Assembly (NCBI RefSeq): GCF_009834535.1 | Contig: NC_045698.1 | Span: forward strand, 15,688,001-15,752,000 | DNA length: 64,000 nt | Direction: 5' to 3' | From: Camelus ferus | Taxonomy: Eukaryota | In this document: piece by piece, positions 50,751 through 61,746 of the stretch | How the letters are laid out: every line of letters begins with the position of its first letter | Position numbering within the stretch: position 1 is the stretch's first letter | Made by a program: the position numbers and the translations under genes | The notes under the pieces: model-generated | Databases searched by the model: none | Seen by the model: only the letters and a program-made list of their open reading frames with translations | Told to the model about the DNA's origin: nothing

Positions 50751-51159
50751 ATTGTATTTTGCATTTATTATGCTCGCCACCAAGGTCCCTTCTTGTCCCT
50801 GCAGTGGGAGGGAAGCGGCTACCCTGTCAGCACTGTGGAGAGTCAGCAGGGAGACTCTTACTCAAACCCCCAGGACAACGTAAGTCAGTTGAGCAAAACA
50901 GAACTGACTGAAATTCAAGTTGAACATTAAAAATTCAGAAAGCCGAAAGGCATTCCCCAATGCCATTAAACTGAAAGGACCAAAAAAGCAGTAGAAAAAT
51001 CAGAAACATGCCACCCCCCCAAAAAAAAAAAATTAGGGAATCAGTAGTTAAGGAGGACACTGCGTGACAGTTCACTAGAACAGAGGGTGCTTAATGGCTT
51101 ATTTTTATGCTCTGGTCTAATACAGGAAGGATGGCTGGTTTGAAAAGGAAGTAGAAATA

Positions 51160-51390
51160 GCTTAGTGATTTAAAAACCCTGAAGTTTAGAATTAGAGAGA
51201 CCTGAGCCTGACTTTCTAGTTCTGTGAATCACTAAGGGTTGGATTTTAGGCAAGTCTCTAAATGCCTCCTAACTTAAGTTTTTTCCCTTTTATAAAATGG
51301 GCAATAATGCCTACTCTTAAGATTGCAGGGAGGATTAAATAAGACAACATCCCTAAAATGTTTAGTATGTAATGCATTCCTAAGAGCTGA
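51160..51390 (+). mobile_element. MIR SINE
   Basis: GCTTAGTGATTTAA...AGAGAGACCTGAG...AGGCAAGTCTCTAAA...TATAAAATGGGCAATAATGCCTACT...GAGGATTAAATAAGA. Confidence 0.75.
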
Positions 51391-53291
51391 TAAAATCATT
51401 CTTATTCTTGATAGAGTCCTAAATTGAAAGGAAATGATGAGATGGATTGATAAAACTGATCCTCTCTTTTTGAAACTCAGCATAGTTTTTCATTTCTAAA
51501 AATATATGTCATTTAATTATCACTAATAAAAAAGTTACAATGTCCACTTTCCACTGGGCTCACAGTTAAGGCAGAATATGATTTCAGAGCCATAAATACC
51601 CCTTGCCTGGAGCTCCTCCTTCATTCATTCCTCAACAGCTTTGCAAGACATTTTCTCTGGGTCTAAAATTTCCATTCCTAGTAATTGCACAACTAGTGAC
51701 CCAAATCAAATAAAGAGCAAGTGCTTTTAATATGCAAAAATGAACGCAGCAAATTCTAAACCAAAAGAGAACACTGACTGGAAAAGAGGGAAAAAAAGCC
51801 TTCTTGAACACTCTGCCCCCTTCTCACGTGGAACTCCCATCCTGGCTTCACAGATCAGAGACAGACAAAGTCAAGGCGTGAGCTAGCCATGCTCATCACT
51901 CTGCTGTGAATGTCATGCTCCCAATCAGTAGCCCACCGTTTGTCATTTTCCATGGGGACAACGAAGCCAATTCAAGTTTTTCCTTAAAGCCTAGTTTCAT
52001 TAGAACAGTATCTAGTACATAGCATTCAAGAAATGTTTTTCGATTGTTTAGTTATTCTGGCAGGATTCAGTTTATCTCTAGATGTTTATAGATCTTTTTC
52101 CTCCCTCCACTTCCTTGCAAATAAGCTATTCCATTTGCTCATCTTAAAAAAAAGAATAAAAACAAAAACAGAATCCTCCTTCTCTTTGATGCATATATCA
52201 AGGCTTCTCACCAAACTGCTTCTTGCAGAAATGGCCCACATGAGCTATTGGCATGCAACCTGAATTCGAAATTGTTTGGAATAAATAGCTGTATACTAGA
52301 GAATCAAAAGGAACTTTACCTTGACATTTGCAGTATGTCTCTTTTCAAGTAGTGTAGATGATGTTATTTACCATTCCTTGTCTCAAGCATATTTAGGGAT
52401 ACAAGGGAGAGAAAACTGGTGCTTATTTCTCATAAGGTAAATGAAGATGCTGTATGGGGAAAAATATATGACAATGTAGCAAGCCATATTATTTTATATT
52501 GCAATAGGAGTTTTACTGATAATCTGTCACTGTAACATGAAATGAAGGCGGTGCTGAGGGATCAGTTCCATTTACATTTATTCCACAAAAGAGACTTTCC
52601 TATATATGCAACTGTTTGTGTATTCCAAGACTCACAAATGGAAGAAAATGCTCTGCGACTTTCACTAAGACTAGTACAAAATAATATTGAGGGACTTTAT
52701 AGCAATGAATAGGAGATCCTAGTGAAACTGAACACATTCACAATCCCAGGACGTTTTGGAGAAACACATTAGAGGCTTTCATTTTGTTCTAAGTGCACCT
52801 GATAGAAGTTCATCTCGGCAGCCCCTTCTGGGAACCTTCTCTCCTTAGGTGCCCTTGAGTGAGATCTCTCTGGTAGAATTAAGTACCTAACATTATTAGG
52901 TATCTTAATTTTGTCCTACCTTCTTATACACGGAGCATAAAATTTAGGCAAAAGTAATACTGCCTCTTTCAAAGTCAATTTAAAACACGCATATATGGGA
53001 ATTTTTTTAAAGACAAAAACTACTGTCATTCAGTAAAAACCCTAATATGAATTTTAATAATGTCAAGTTACTTGTCCACTTCCTTTTGATTTGATTCCAT
53101 AGAGAAAAATCAATCTCTTAACATACAGCAAAACCTCACTAAATGTTTGTAGGTAAAGAAAATGAAAATCTATTCATATATTTTTTACAGTCGTGTGAGG
53201 GGTACAGCACTCATTCTGTGGACACAATCTATAGCTTTTTATAAACCTCCATGAGATACTTGGAAATAACAAAGTAATGTTGAATGATGCA

Positions 53292-53445
53292 TTCTGTATA
53301 GCACAGGGAAATATGTTCAAGATCTTGTAATAACTTTTAATCAAAAAGAATGTGAAAACAAAAATATGTATGTGTATGCATGGCTGGGACATTGTGCTGT
53401 ACACCAGAAATTGACACATTGTAACTGACTGTAGTTCAATTAAAA
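53292..53445 (+). mobile_element. Young LINE-1 3' end (camelid-like)
   Basis: TTCTGTATAGCACAGGGAAATATGTTCAAGATCTTGT...GGGACATTGTGCTGTACACCAGAAATTGACACATTGTAACTGACTGTAGTTCAATTAAAA. Confidence 0.88.
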
Positions 53446-53454
53446 CAACTACAA

Positions 53455-53690
53455 GAACAACGTAGTGGTTATCAGTGGGGAGAAAGGTGGAGAGAGGAGT
53501 AAGATAGGTGAAGGGGATTAAGAGATGCAAACTATTAGGTTTAAAATAAATTAGCTACAAGAATGTAATGTATAGCACAGGGAATATCACCCATATTTTA
53601 TAATAACTGTATATGAAGTATAGTGTATAAAATTATTGAATCACTATGTGTGTAACTAATATTGTAAGTCAAATATACTTAAATTAAAAA
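53455..53690 (+). mobile_element. Second, different-subfamily LINE-1 3' end directly downstream
   Basis: TAGTGGTTATCAGTGGGGAGA...GGGGATTAAGAGATGCAAACTATTAGG...TATAGCACAGGGAATAT...TGAATCACTATG...AATATACTTAAATTAAAAA. Confidence 0.88.
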
Positions 53691-56226
53691 GTCAATTACA
53701 AAAAAGTGTTTGATGATGCAGTTGATAGAAACTTGAATATCTATACTTCAGTTTGGAGTAAGATAGAAATAAAAGTACCTTAGGAAAAGTATTTAATAAT
53801 ACAAGAAGTATTAATGAAAAATACCTAACTGGTTATTTTCTTGAAGAAAAGAATGCTGTTAAACTCCAAGTTTGTGTTTCTGAATAATTTAATTTATTTT
53901 AAATATACATTTATAAAACAAAATAAATATTCAGATTAAGGATTTCATAATAAAAAAGAGGAAATTATACAAATGAATCATTAGGATCTGATATTGGTTT
54001 TCAGTTGCTAACTCAGTATTTCTTTTTTTAGGTCTTCTTTTCATAGATTAATGATGCTGCTAATAAGTGCATGTAGTTTGTGACTGATAACTCTTATACA
54101 AATGCTCACATACACACACAGGTGAAGTCCCCTAGGAGCAATGGATCAGTTCCTGGCATCTTGGCAGATGGTGCTTAAGTTACTGGCAGGTGTTGAAGGT
54201 GGGGAAAGACCCTTGTCATCTCAAATCCCAGAGACCAACACTTTCACTCAGAAATGAAAATGTCCCACTTATAAGTCCCTGAAGTGAAAGTGTCTGCAAC
54301 AGGAAATCATTCTAAACCACGCCTTTGTGCGGCATCCCAGGCAAAGGAACCTGAAGAGGTTCCCTACATTTAATAAGCAACTGAACGTTTTCCTTTCATG
54401 CCTCTCCTAGCTCTTGGCATTCACCAAAACAGTGGCCATTTAGTCAAGATTCCTTTAAACTTGTAAATGTTAGCTGAGTATCTCAAGAGGGCTGATTCCC
54501 TTCACTTTGAAGCCCATTTGACCCCAAATGCATTAACCTGGGCTGCTTACATTTCTTCCTGTGCTGTCACATAAGATATACTCCACATAAAATAAAGAAC
54601 ATCGACCTTGAAAGAGGGGGAAAAAAAAGAGGGGCGGAAAAAAAAAACACATTTAGCAACCCAGACCAGAATCTAGGCTCTGTCAAAGTGATTTCTTATT
54701 CCATTTTACTGAAACAGAGCCGTGCTTTATCACTTCTGAGTTCATGTCTTACAGCTCAGGCAACCCACTTGAATTGGTAAGTTGCTTAGTTAAAGCATCC
54801 ATGTGCTGTTCACGTTGTCTCTGTGATTTAAAGTGGGAGAAGTATTCTGGGGAGGAAATACAACGAAATGGGGAGAGGAAGTGAGGCCTAGAAACATGAA
54901 ATCCCCTGAAATTAACCGTTCTGCTTCTTCCTGGTCATTTCCCCTCTTTTAATGCGTAGCAGGCAGATGGCCCGTGGCTGAAAGGGCAGGATGCTTAGTG
55001 TTGAAGGTGCCCACTTCACATCATCCTACATCGTTCATTCAAGTCGGCATCAGAAGTATAAGGAGGGAAAGCAGTTCTGATCCTTGCAGCTAAATTTGAC
55101 AAATTGTCACTTACCTACATCGTTACTACGCTGCATGATCTCACAAAACTTCTGTAAATGTCTTCTGCCTATTAGCATTTTAAAGAGCTCGGTGGCCATC
55201 ATACTCTCATTTTGGAGCCAGGGATGTTTCATTATCCTCAATTAAAACTCTCTCAGAAGCAAGACTGGCAAGCCTTTATTTATATATTTTTCTTAGAGGC
55301 AACACGGGAGACGTGGATTTTGTAAAATAGGCAGGGTGCTGTTCCGTGCAGCATCAAGAGGCAATGCTGGTTTGGAATAATTCTGCTAATGTGAAGCTAT
55401 CCCCATTAAAACATAAACCATAATTGTGGAAAGCAATTTGCTCAGTAGCAGAGAACTAACAGGATTTCTTATTGTGATTCAATAACAAGGGAGCATGGAG
55501 ATGCAAGGCTGAAAAAGCTCCCCAAACTCTTTTAATTTTGTTGAAATGTAATTTTCTTCTGTGAAACCAGTGTGAAAGGTTGAAACAAAATGTATATACA
55601 TTTCACGTAAATTAACATTTTCTGACTTCAGTAAGTGCAAATACTCTTTCATTCGCACATTGCAAAATGCGAATTAAAAGAAACTTGAGCCTATGACACT
55701 GAGGACAGTGGAAGCGAATCCACAGCCAGGCCAAAAGTTGATGTATTTCAAGCTCTAATCAGCTGTGTCATCCTTTATACACACTGTTTCCCTTTCACTA
55801 ACAACTGATTATAGTTCAATAAAGATTTTATACCAACATGAAAGGTTGATAAATATTAATAATAAATATATATAAAATCAATAGCATTATTAATAGATTC
55901 CTTCCTAGATAATAGGATCAAAATCAATAATAGCACAGAAATATATCAGATGCCGAGATACAATATATTAGATGTTATTTAATCAAAATCAATGGCACCA
56001 ATCAGGGAATCTGTTATTTTATTATTTATACTTATAATACGTAGATATTTCATTCATAGAATTCTATTTTTTTTATTAGACATTGCATGGATCAAGTAAC
56101 TGTTAGAAGCCATGAAGGATTCTAATGAATTTACAAAAACATGTTTACATGTGTAAAATGTGTTGCTGGCTCATTTCTTTTCATGGCTCTAGACAACTTG
56201 CAAAAGATAAGCTTTATATATATATT

Positions 56227-56276
<50 letters not shown>
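56227..56276 (+). repeat. (TTG)16 microsatellite
   Basis: Counted directly; it produces the spurious polyQ ORF on the minus strand. Confidence 0.97.
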
Positions 56277-57199
56277 CTGTTTTTAACGGTAGCACCCAGT
56301 AGTGTGCTAAGCAATGTTTTGCAATCCGTGGTCCATCCAGGGGATAAGAAATGTCTTGAGAGCACCCCTGCATCCTCTGCTAATCTCCCCTGGCCCCCTG
56401 GGCTGAATCACTGCCCCGGCTCCTGTGTGCTTTTCAGAGACTCATTTACTTCGCAGCTGGTGAGTTGACACTTTCCATCACTTCACCTCTTGGCAACAGA
56501 TGCCTCTCACTTAGGCACAGATGCTGAGTATCCACCCGTCTCTAACATTAGCCTTGTGTTCTGACTAATTGGGCCAGCGGAGTCATAATTAAGATTTGAA
56601 TAATTAGATAACGGATATGATTACTTTTGTAATTAATCCTCATAGTGAGTCATCATGATCTGTCCTGGGTGATGACCACTGGTCTATGCTTAATTCAAAC
56701 TGAGATCATTGATGTTAAAAGCAAAGCATTACTAAATATATCTCTCACTTCTCTTTCAGAATGAATGCATTCTTTAAAAAAAGATGACACTATATAAAGA
56801 TACATAATTTTCATTTTTCAGGTAGATTTTACAGTCATTTGTTGGATGATGAGTACCTATTTCAATTCAATTCATACATTTTTTTTAAGGATCCCACTTT
56901 GGCTGCTGCATTGTCTTGGTGCTGAATGAGCACACTTAAAAAGAGTAATTTTTTTTCCCTTTCTCACAAAGTTTACTGTATAATAAAAACTGATACACAA
57001 AAACAAATAGAGGATGACCCTTCTCTCTTGTCTGCAGAGATCTACAAGTGTTACAATTCTTTCTCCACAGTTGGTCCATATCTGTGATTTCCAGAATGTC
57101 ACATGGTCGGACACTGGTGCTAAAAGTCATGTGAAATCAACAGCCCAAAGCAGATCTATCAGATCTCTCCTTCCTGCTGATCTGTCGTGGAAGCTGGTC

Positions 57200-57770
57200 C
57201 ATCCTGATCCATCCCTATCTCAGTGAAAGATCCCACCAGCTCTGAAAATCAGTCTTCTTTCTCCTCTCGCTTCTTCCTCCCACAAGCATCACATTCCAAT
57301 CCATCATCACATAACATTGATTTTTCTTTCCAAATATTTCCTAAATCCACCCATTTCTCTCCACGACCACAATGTAGGGAACTCCTGATAGTATTTCTTA
57401 AATAATAATAATTTGCCTTCCCCCTTTTTGCCCCATTTCCAAACCTCATTCTCCAAAATTGTCCAGCCTTCGTTCATAGGGCTGCACACCTCCATCTCTG
57501 TTTGGACCATCCTGGTTTCCCTGAATCCTCTGAGTACATCAGCATCCCACCTGCCACTGCATGAACTCTTCCATTAGCCTGGCACAGTCCGCCTTCCTCT
57601 CCATCTAGTCAACTGCACATCCTCGTATCTCTGTTCAAATATCATTTCTTCCAAGAAGGCAGATTTCAGCTCTCTAAACCAAGCCAGGCCTCACTTCCTA
57701 CAATCTAATAGCACCATGAATATTTCTTTTAGGGCACCTTCCACACTTGTGTCTGTATGTTTTCTTGATG
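57200..57770 (+). mobile_element. Degenerate L2
   Basis: CACATTCCAATCCATCA...TCCAAATATTTCCTAAATCCACCCATTTCTCTCCA; TCAAATATCATTTCTTCCAAGAAG. Confidence 0.7.
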
Positions 57771-58137
57771 ATCATTTTAGCTTATATTTACACTGGATCT
57801 GGCCCAGATTCCCATACAAAAGAAACACTCCATTATTAAATCAGTGAATCATAAGATGGTAATATATAAAAAAAAAGGGCCAAAATGTGTGATTAGCAAC
57901 TAAGGATGAGAGAGGTCTCAGAAGTCAATAGTCTTTAAAGTTTATATTCTTTCATATATGGACTTACGTATTACAAAATTAGTACTCAAGTATTAATACA
58001 TGACAGACACAGTATAGGTACTGAGGTTATAAACAAACTTCAGATATAGTCTGGGCTGCAGAGAGTTTGTCACTTATTAGGTAACACAAATCTGTAAAGG
58101 GAAAATTAGGAAGCACTGTGACAAACGTAGTGAAACA

Positions 58138-58629
58138 CAGGCATACCTCCCTTTATTGTGCTTCACAGACAATTGAGGTTTTTTGTTTTGTTTTGTTTTA
58201 CAAATTGAGGATTTGTGTCTAGCAAGTCTATCAGCACCACTTTCCCAACAACATTTGCTCACTTCGTGTCTTCGTGTCACATTTCAGTAATTCTTGCAGT
58301 ATTTCAAACTTTGTCATTATTATTATAATATCTGTTAGGTTGATTTGCTATCAGTGATCTTTGATACTAATATTGTAAAAAGATTAGGATTCTCTGAAGG
58401 CTCAGATAATGGTTAGCATTTTTTTTAAGCAATAAAGTAGTTTTAAATTAAGGTATGTACATTTCTTTCTAGATGTAACGCTATTGCACGCTTAACAGAC
58501 TGCAGAATAGTATGAACATAAGTTTTACATGGCTGGGAAACCAAAAAGGTCATGTGACTCACTTTATTGGGATATTTGCTTTGTTGCAGTGGTCTAGGAC
58601 CAAACCCACACTATCTCTGTGGTATCCTG
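58138..58629 (-). mobile_element. Tigger1 internal-deletion derivative (TcMar MITE, Tigger1a_Art-like)
   Basis: Left terminus CAGGCATACCTC, right terminus GTGGTATCCTG. Both Tigger1 subterminal regions are present (TTTGCTCACTTCGTGTC; CTGGGAAACCAAAAA...GTGACTCACTTTATTG...TGCAGTGGTCT) and joined near 58370. Confidence 0.9.
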
Positions 58630-58639
58630 TGGATAATCT

Positions 58640-59315
58640 ATCAGGTTGACAGCTGGAGAGCAAAGAGAACCTTCTGGTGAAAGTAATGCCAGTTTCGAGT
58701 TTGGAAGAGAGAATAGGAATCAGCCAGAAAGTTATGGAGGAGTATATGGACATGGTGGAGAAGTGCAGACACATTGTAAGCACTGTGGACCGCAAGGACA
58801 AACGGCACAAGGACCAAAATATCATTAGGGATGTGTGTGTGTGCGCACGTGGGCAAGAGTGTGTATGCTTATTCATGTAACTGCAAGTTGTTTACGATGA
58901 CTCAAGGCTAATGCACAGCTAAAGAACTGGTAAGAGATAAGGGGGTGGGGGCTGAGAGAGGTTGAGGGTGTGTTCTCATAACCTTGTCTGAAAGACTAAA
59001 GCTGATTTTGCGGATAACAGAGAGCCAGTGGAGACTTAAGGTAGGAGAGTGGAAAGGTTACCTTTTTAACTTACACTAATCACAGTTGGGGAGACTGGCG
59101 TGAAAGAAAAGAGAATGGAGGCCAGGATACTGAAGAGGAGGCTGAGTCTCGGCAAGAATGAGGGCCTGGATTCAAGAGAAATACAGCAAATATGCAGATA
59201 CAGTTACACAATTAAGGTAAAACTGAGAACCATGGAACAGGAAGGAGGGGTGGGGGGATTCACACAGTTTAGGGGATGTTCAGGTTTTAAAAACGCATGC
59301 TGGGGAAAATGGTAA
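58640..59315 (-). mobile_element. Degenerate L2
   Basis: CTTCTGGTGAAAGTAATGCC..TTTCGAGTTTGGAAG; ATAACAGAGAGCCAGTGGAG; TGAGGGCCTGGA; TTCAGGTTTT. Confidence 0.55.
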
Positions 59316-61059
59316 GTATACCAAATATATTTTTTCTTATGTGACTTATATTAGAGTCTTGAATATAAGTCTTTTGTTTGTTTTGAACAACAAATGTTCC
59401 TACCGATTTTTATGCACGTTAAATCTGATGTGAACTAAAGGTCTTATAACTGCCCAAATTTGGGCTTAATGTTTCTATGAGAAAACACATTCAGAATTCT
59501 AACCAAGACATAAAAATTGTAATGGGGTGACTTGGTTGAAACTAGATTCCAAAGTGGTGTTTTTGAAGCTGTAAATGTTAGATGATGGATAAACTCCCAT
59601 TTCCTCGATGCTTTCTGCAACATACATGTTTTTATTTCTTCTTTGTGCTGGTCACTTTGCTAGGCATTGAGGATTACATGGGGATTCATGAGAGACCTTG
59701 GAGATAGGGTTCCACTCTGTCCGAGTGTCAACCCGTTTCTTGAATGTGCACATCGTAGAATAAGAAGCTAATTGTTCTGTTTTCATTAGGGATTCGAGCT
59801 AAGTTTTTTTCAGGTCGTTGCTTCTTTGAAGGTTTTTTTGTATGTGCACAGATTTATCTAAGCTGCCAACTTTATTAGGCACATTCTTGAGGAGATCCAT
59901 GTTTGTAAGATTGTTCGTATAGCTGGTTTCCAGGAGCAAAGACCCAAGAAGAGTGCTGAATGGACCAGCAGACCACTGAACACTTTCACTGCGGAAGAGA
60001 ATGAGTAAGAACTGGACTGGCCCGGTTCAACAGCCTGAACAAGGTGTCATTTAAGAATGACTGATACAGATTGAATTAATGTAGGACTATTTTCTTCTAG
60101 CTTTTCTATTTAAAATAGCTCAGTGGGTGGAAGTAAAGAAGGAATTTTTTTTTTAATTGAAATGAGTGGACATCTTCACAAGAGTTACAATCTGGAAATG
60201 AAAATGCGGGTTCCAGAATGAAAGACTAGGATGGAGTCTGGAGTTCTGCCTCTGAGGCCTCCCTGGAGCTGAGTCCTGGCCTCTGTGTGGGAGGACCTAG
60301 TGGCATGCAGTCTGGCTGAGAGCAGACAGCTGAGCCCTGGCTGATGGTAAGTGAGGCTTCACAGAGACGAAACATTCAGGCACCAGGCCTGAGGGCTTCA
60401 GAGATGACACCTTGCTTGGCACCTGGTTTATATCTTCTGCATCCTGCTCCCTTCCATTGTTTCTCTACTTTGGGGGTAGGAGGGACAAAAAAACCCTTGC
60501 CACTTGGTCTGCATGTGCTGTGTGGCCTCAATGAAAAGCTCAAACTCAAGTTATTAAGTACAAAGTGATGAAGGGAAGGACGGTGTTTTCTAGACCCAGA
60601 CAGAGGACAGAGCTGCCCAGAGGAGCTGCGATCTCACAAGAGACATTAGCAGGAGGGGATCCCCGGCGGAAGGCAGGAGGTCAGAGAGGGAAGCGGGAGA
60701 ATCTTGTTTCTCAGAGAAAGGCAAGCACCCCGGGAGCATTCACAAACAGCCCGGGAGACCCTGAGTGGCTCAGGTGCAGCAGTCAAAGCAGTGGGTCCTG
60801 AGCCGTCATAAAGGTGGGAGCTGATGAAAATAATATCCTATTTTTGCATCCCAGGCTTAGACTTTCGAGTTGCCTTAGGTCTCAATAAAAGTTAATTTTC
60901 CATCCTCTGGGTAAACATGGCTTTCTTATCTTGAAATTATTAGAGACCCCAGGGCTCAAGGTTGTAGCTGGGTCCCTGATGACTCTAAAACCTGGAAAGG
61001 CTGAAATCATGCGTGGGGAACGCCAGTGAGCCGCAGGGACCTGGGCCACCTGTCAGGGT

Positions 61060-61310
61060 AATAATGCTGACCCCCACGGCGGCGGGGTGCTGGCTGTAAG
61101 TCAGGCACCTTGCTGAGCACATGTATTATGGCGTCTCACTATGCAGCAACCTCCCAGGTCACGGATATTATCTGTATTTTATTTGAGAAGGAAACCGGGG
61201 CCCTTAAAAAGTAAAGAAAATTCCCTAAATCACACAGGTAGGAAGTCATGGAGTCAGATTACAATTTCAATCTGTTGAAATGAAAACCCCCCTCTTTTAA
61301 TCATTATGAC
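61060..61310 (-). mobile_element. MIR SINE
   Basis: TAATAATGCTGAC...GTCAGGCACCTTGCTGAGCAC...TATTATCTGTATTTTA...AGGAAACCGGGG...TCACACAGGTAGGAAGT. Confidence 0.75.
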
Positions 61311-61705
61311 ATCCCTACCCCGTTCAGATGGACTTTGCAGTCCTGAGTGGGCTTCCTGGTGACCCACCAAACTTGGGAAAGGCAAGGAAAACAGTTATTA
61401 TTTTTCCTTTGTGCACCACGATGGGTGCTTTGTCACACTTTGTCTCACTGAATTATCAAAACAACCGATGAGGCAGGATAAAATGTATATTCTATACATT
61501 CTAAATATCAAGAAGCAAAGAGCCCTCTGACTCTTACTCTACTGTCAACGTATTTGTTTCTTGGGAGGATTTCTCTCCTTCCATAAAGCTCTGCACAACA
61601 GAGCATGTTTTGCCAGTTTCTTTCCTTTCTTGTTCCTGAATTTAGCTCAACATGAGGGAATATAGTAAGCCTGGGGATACAATGCTGGCTCTTTTTCCTG
61701 TAGGA

Positions 61706-61746
<41 letters not shown>
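61706..61746 (+). repeat. Compound (TC)12(AC)8 microsatellite
   Basis: Counted directly. Confidence 0.95.

Noticed and set aside
56131..56373. PolyQ-containing ORF
   Set aside because: The glutamine run is the (TTG)16 microsatellite read as CAA on the minus strand; the flanking residues look random.
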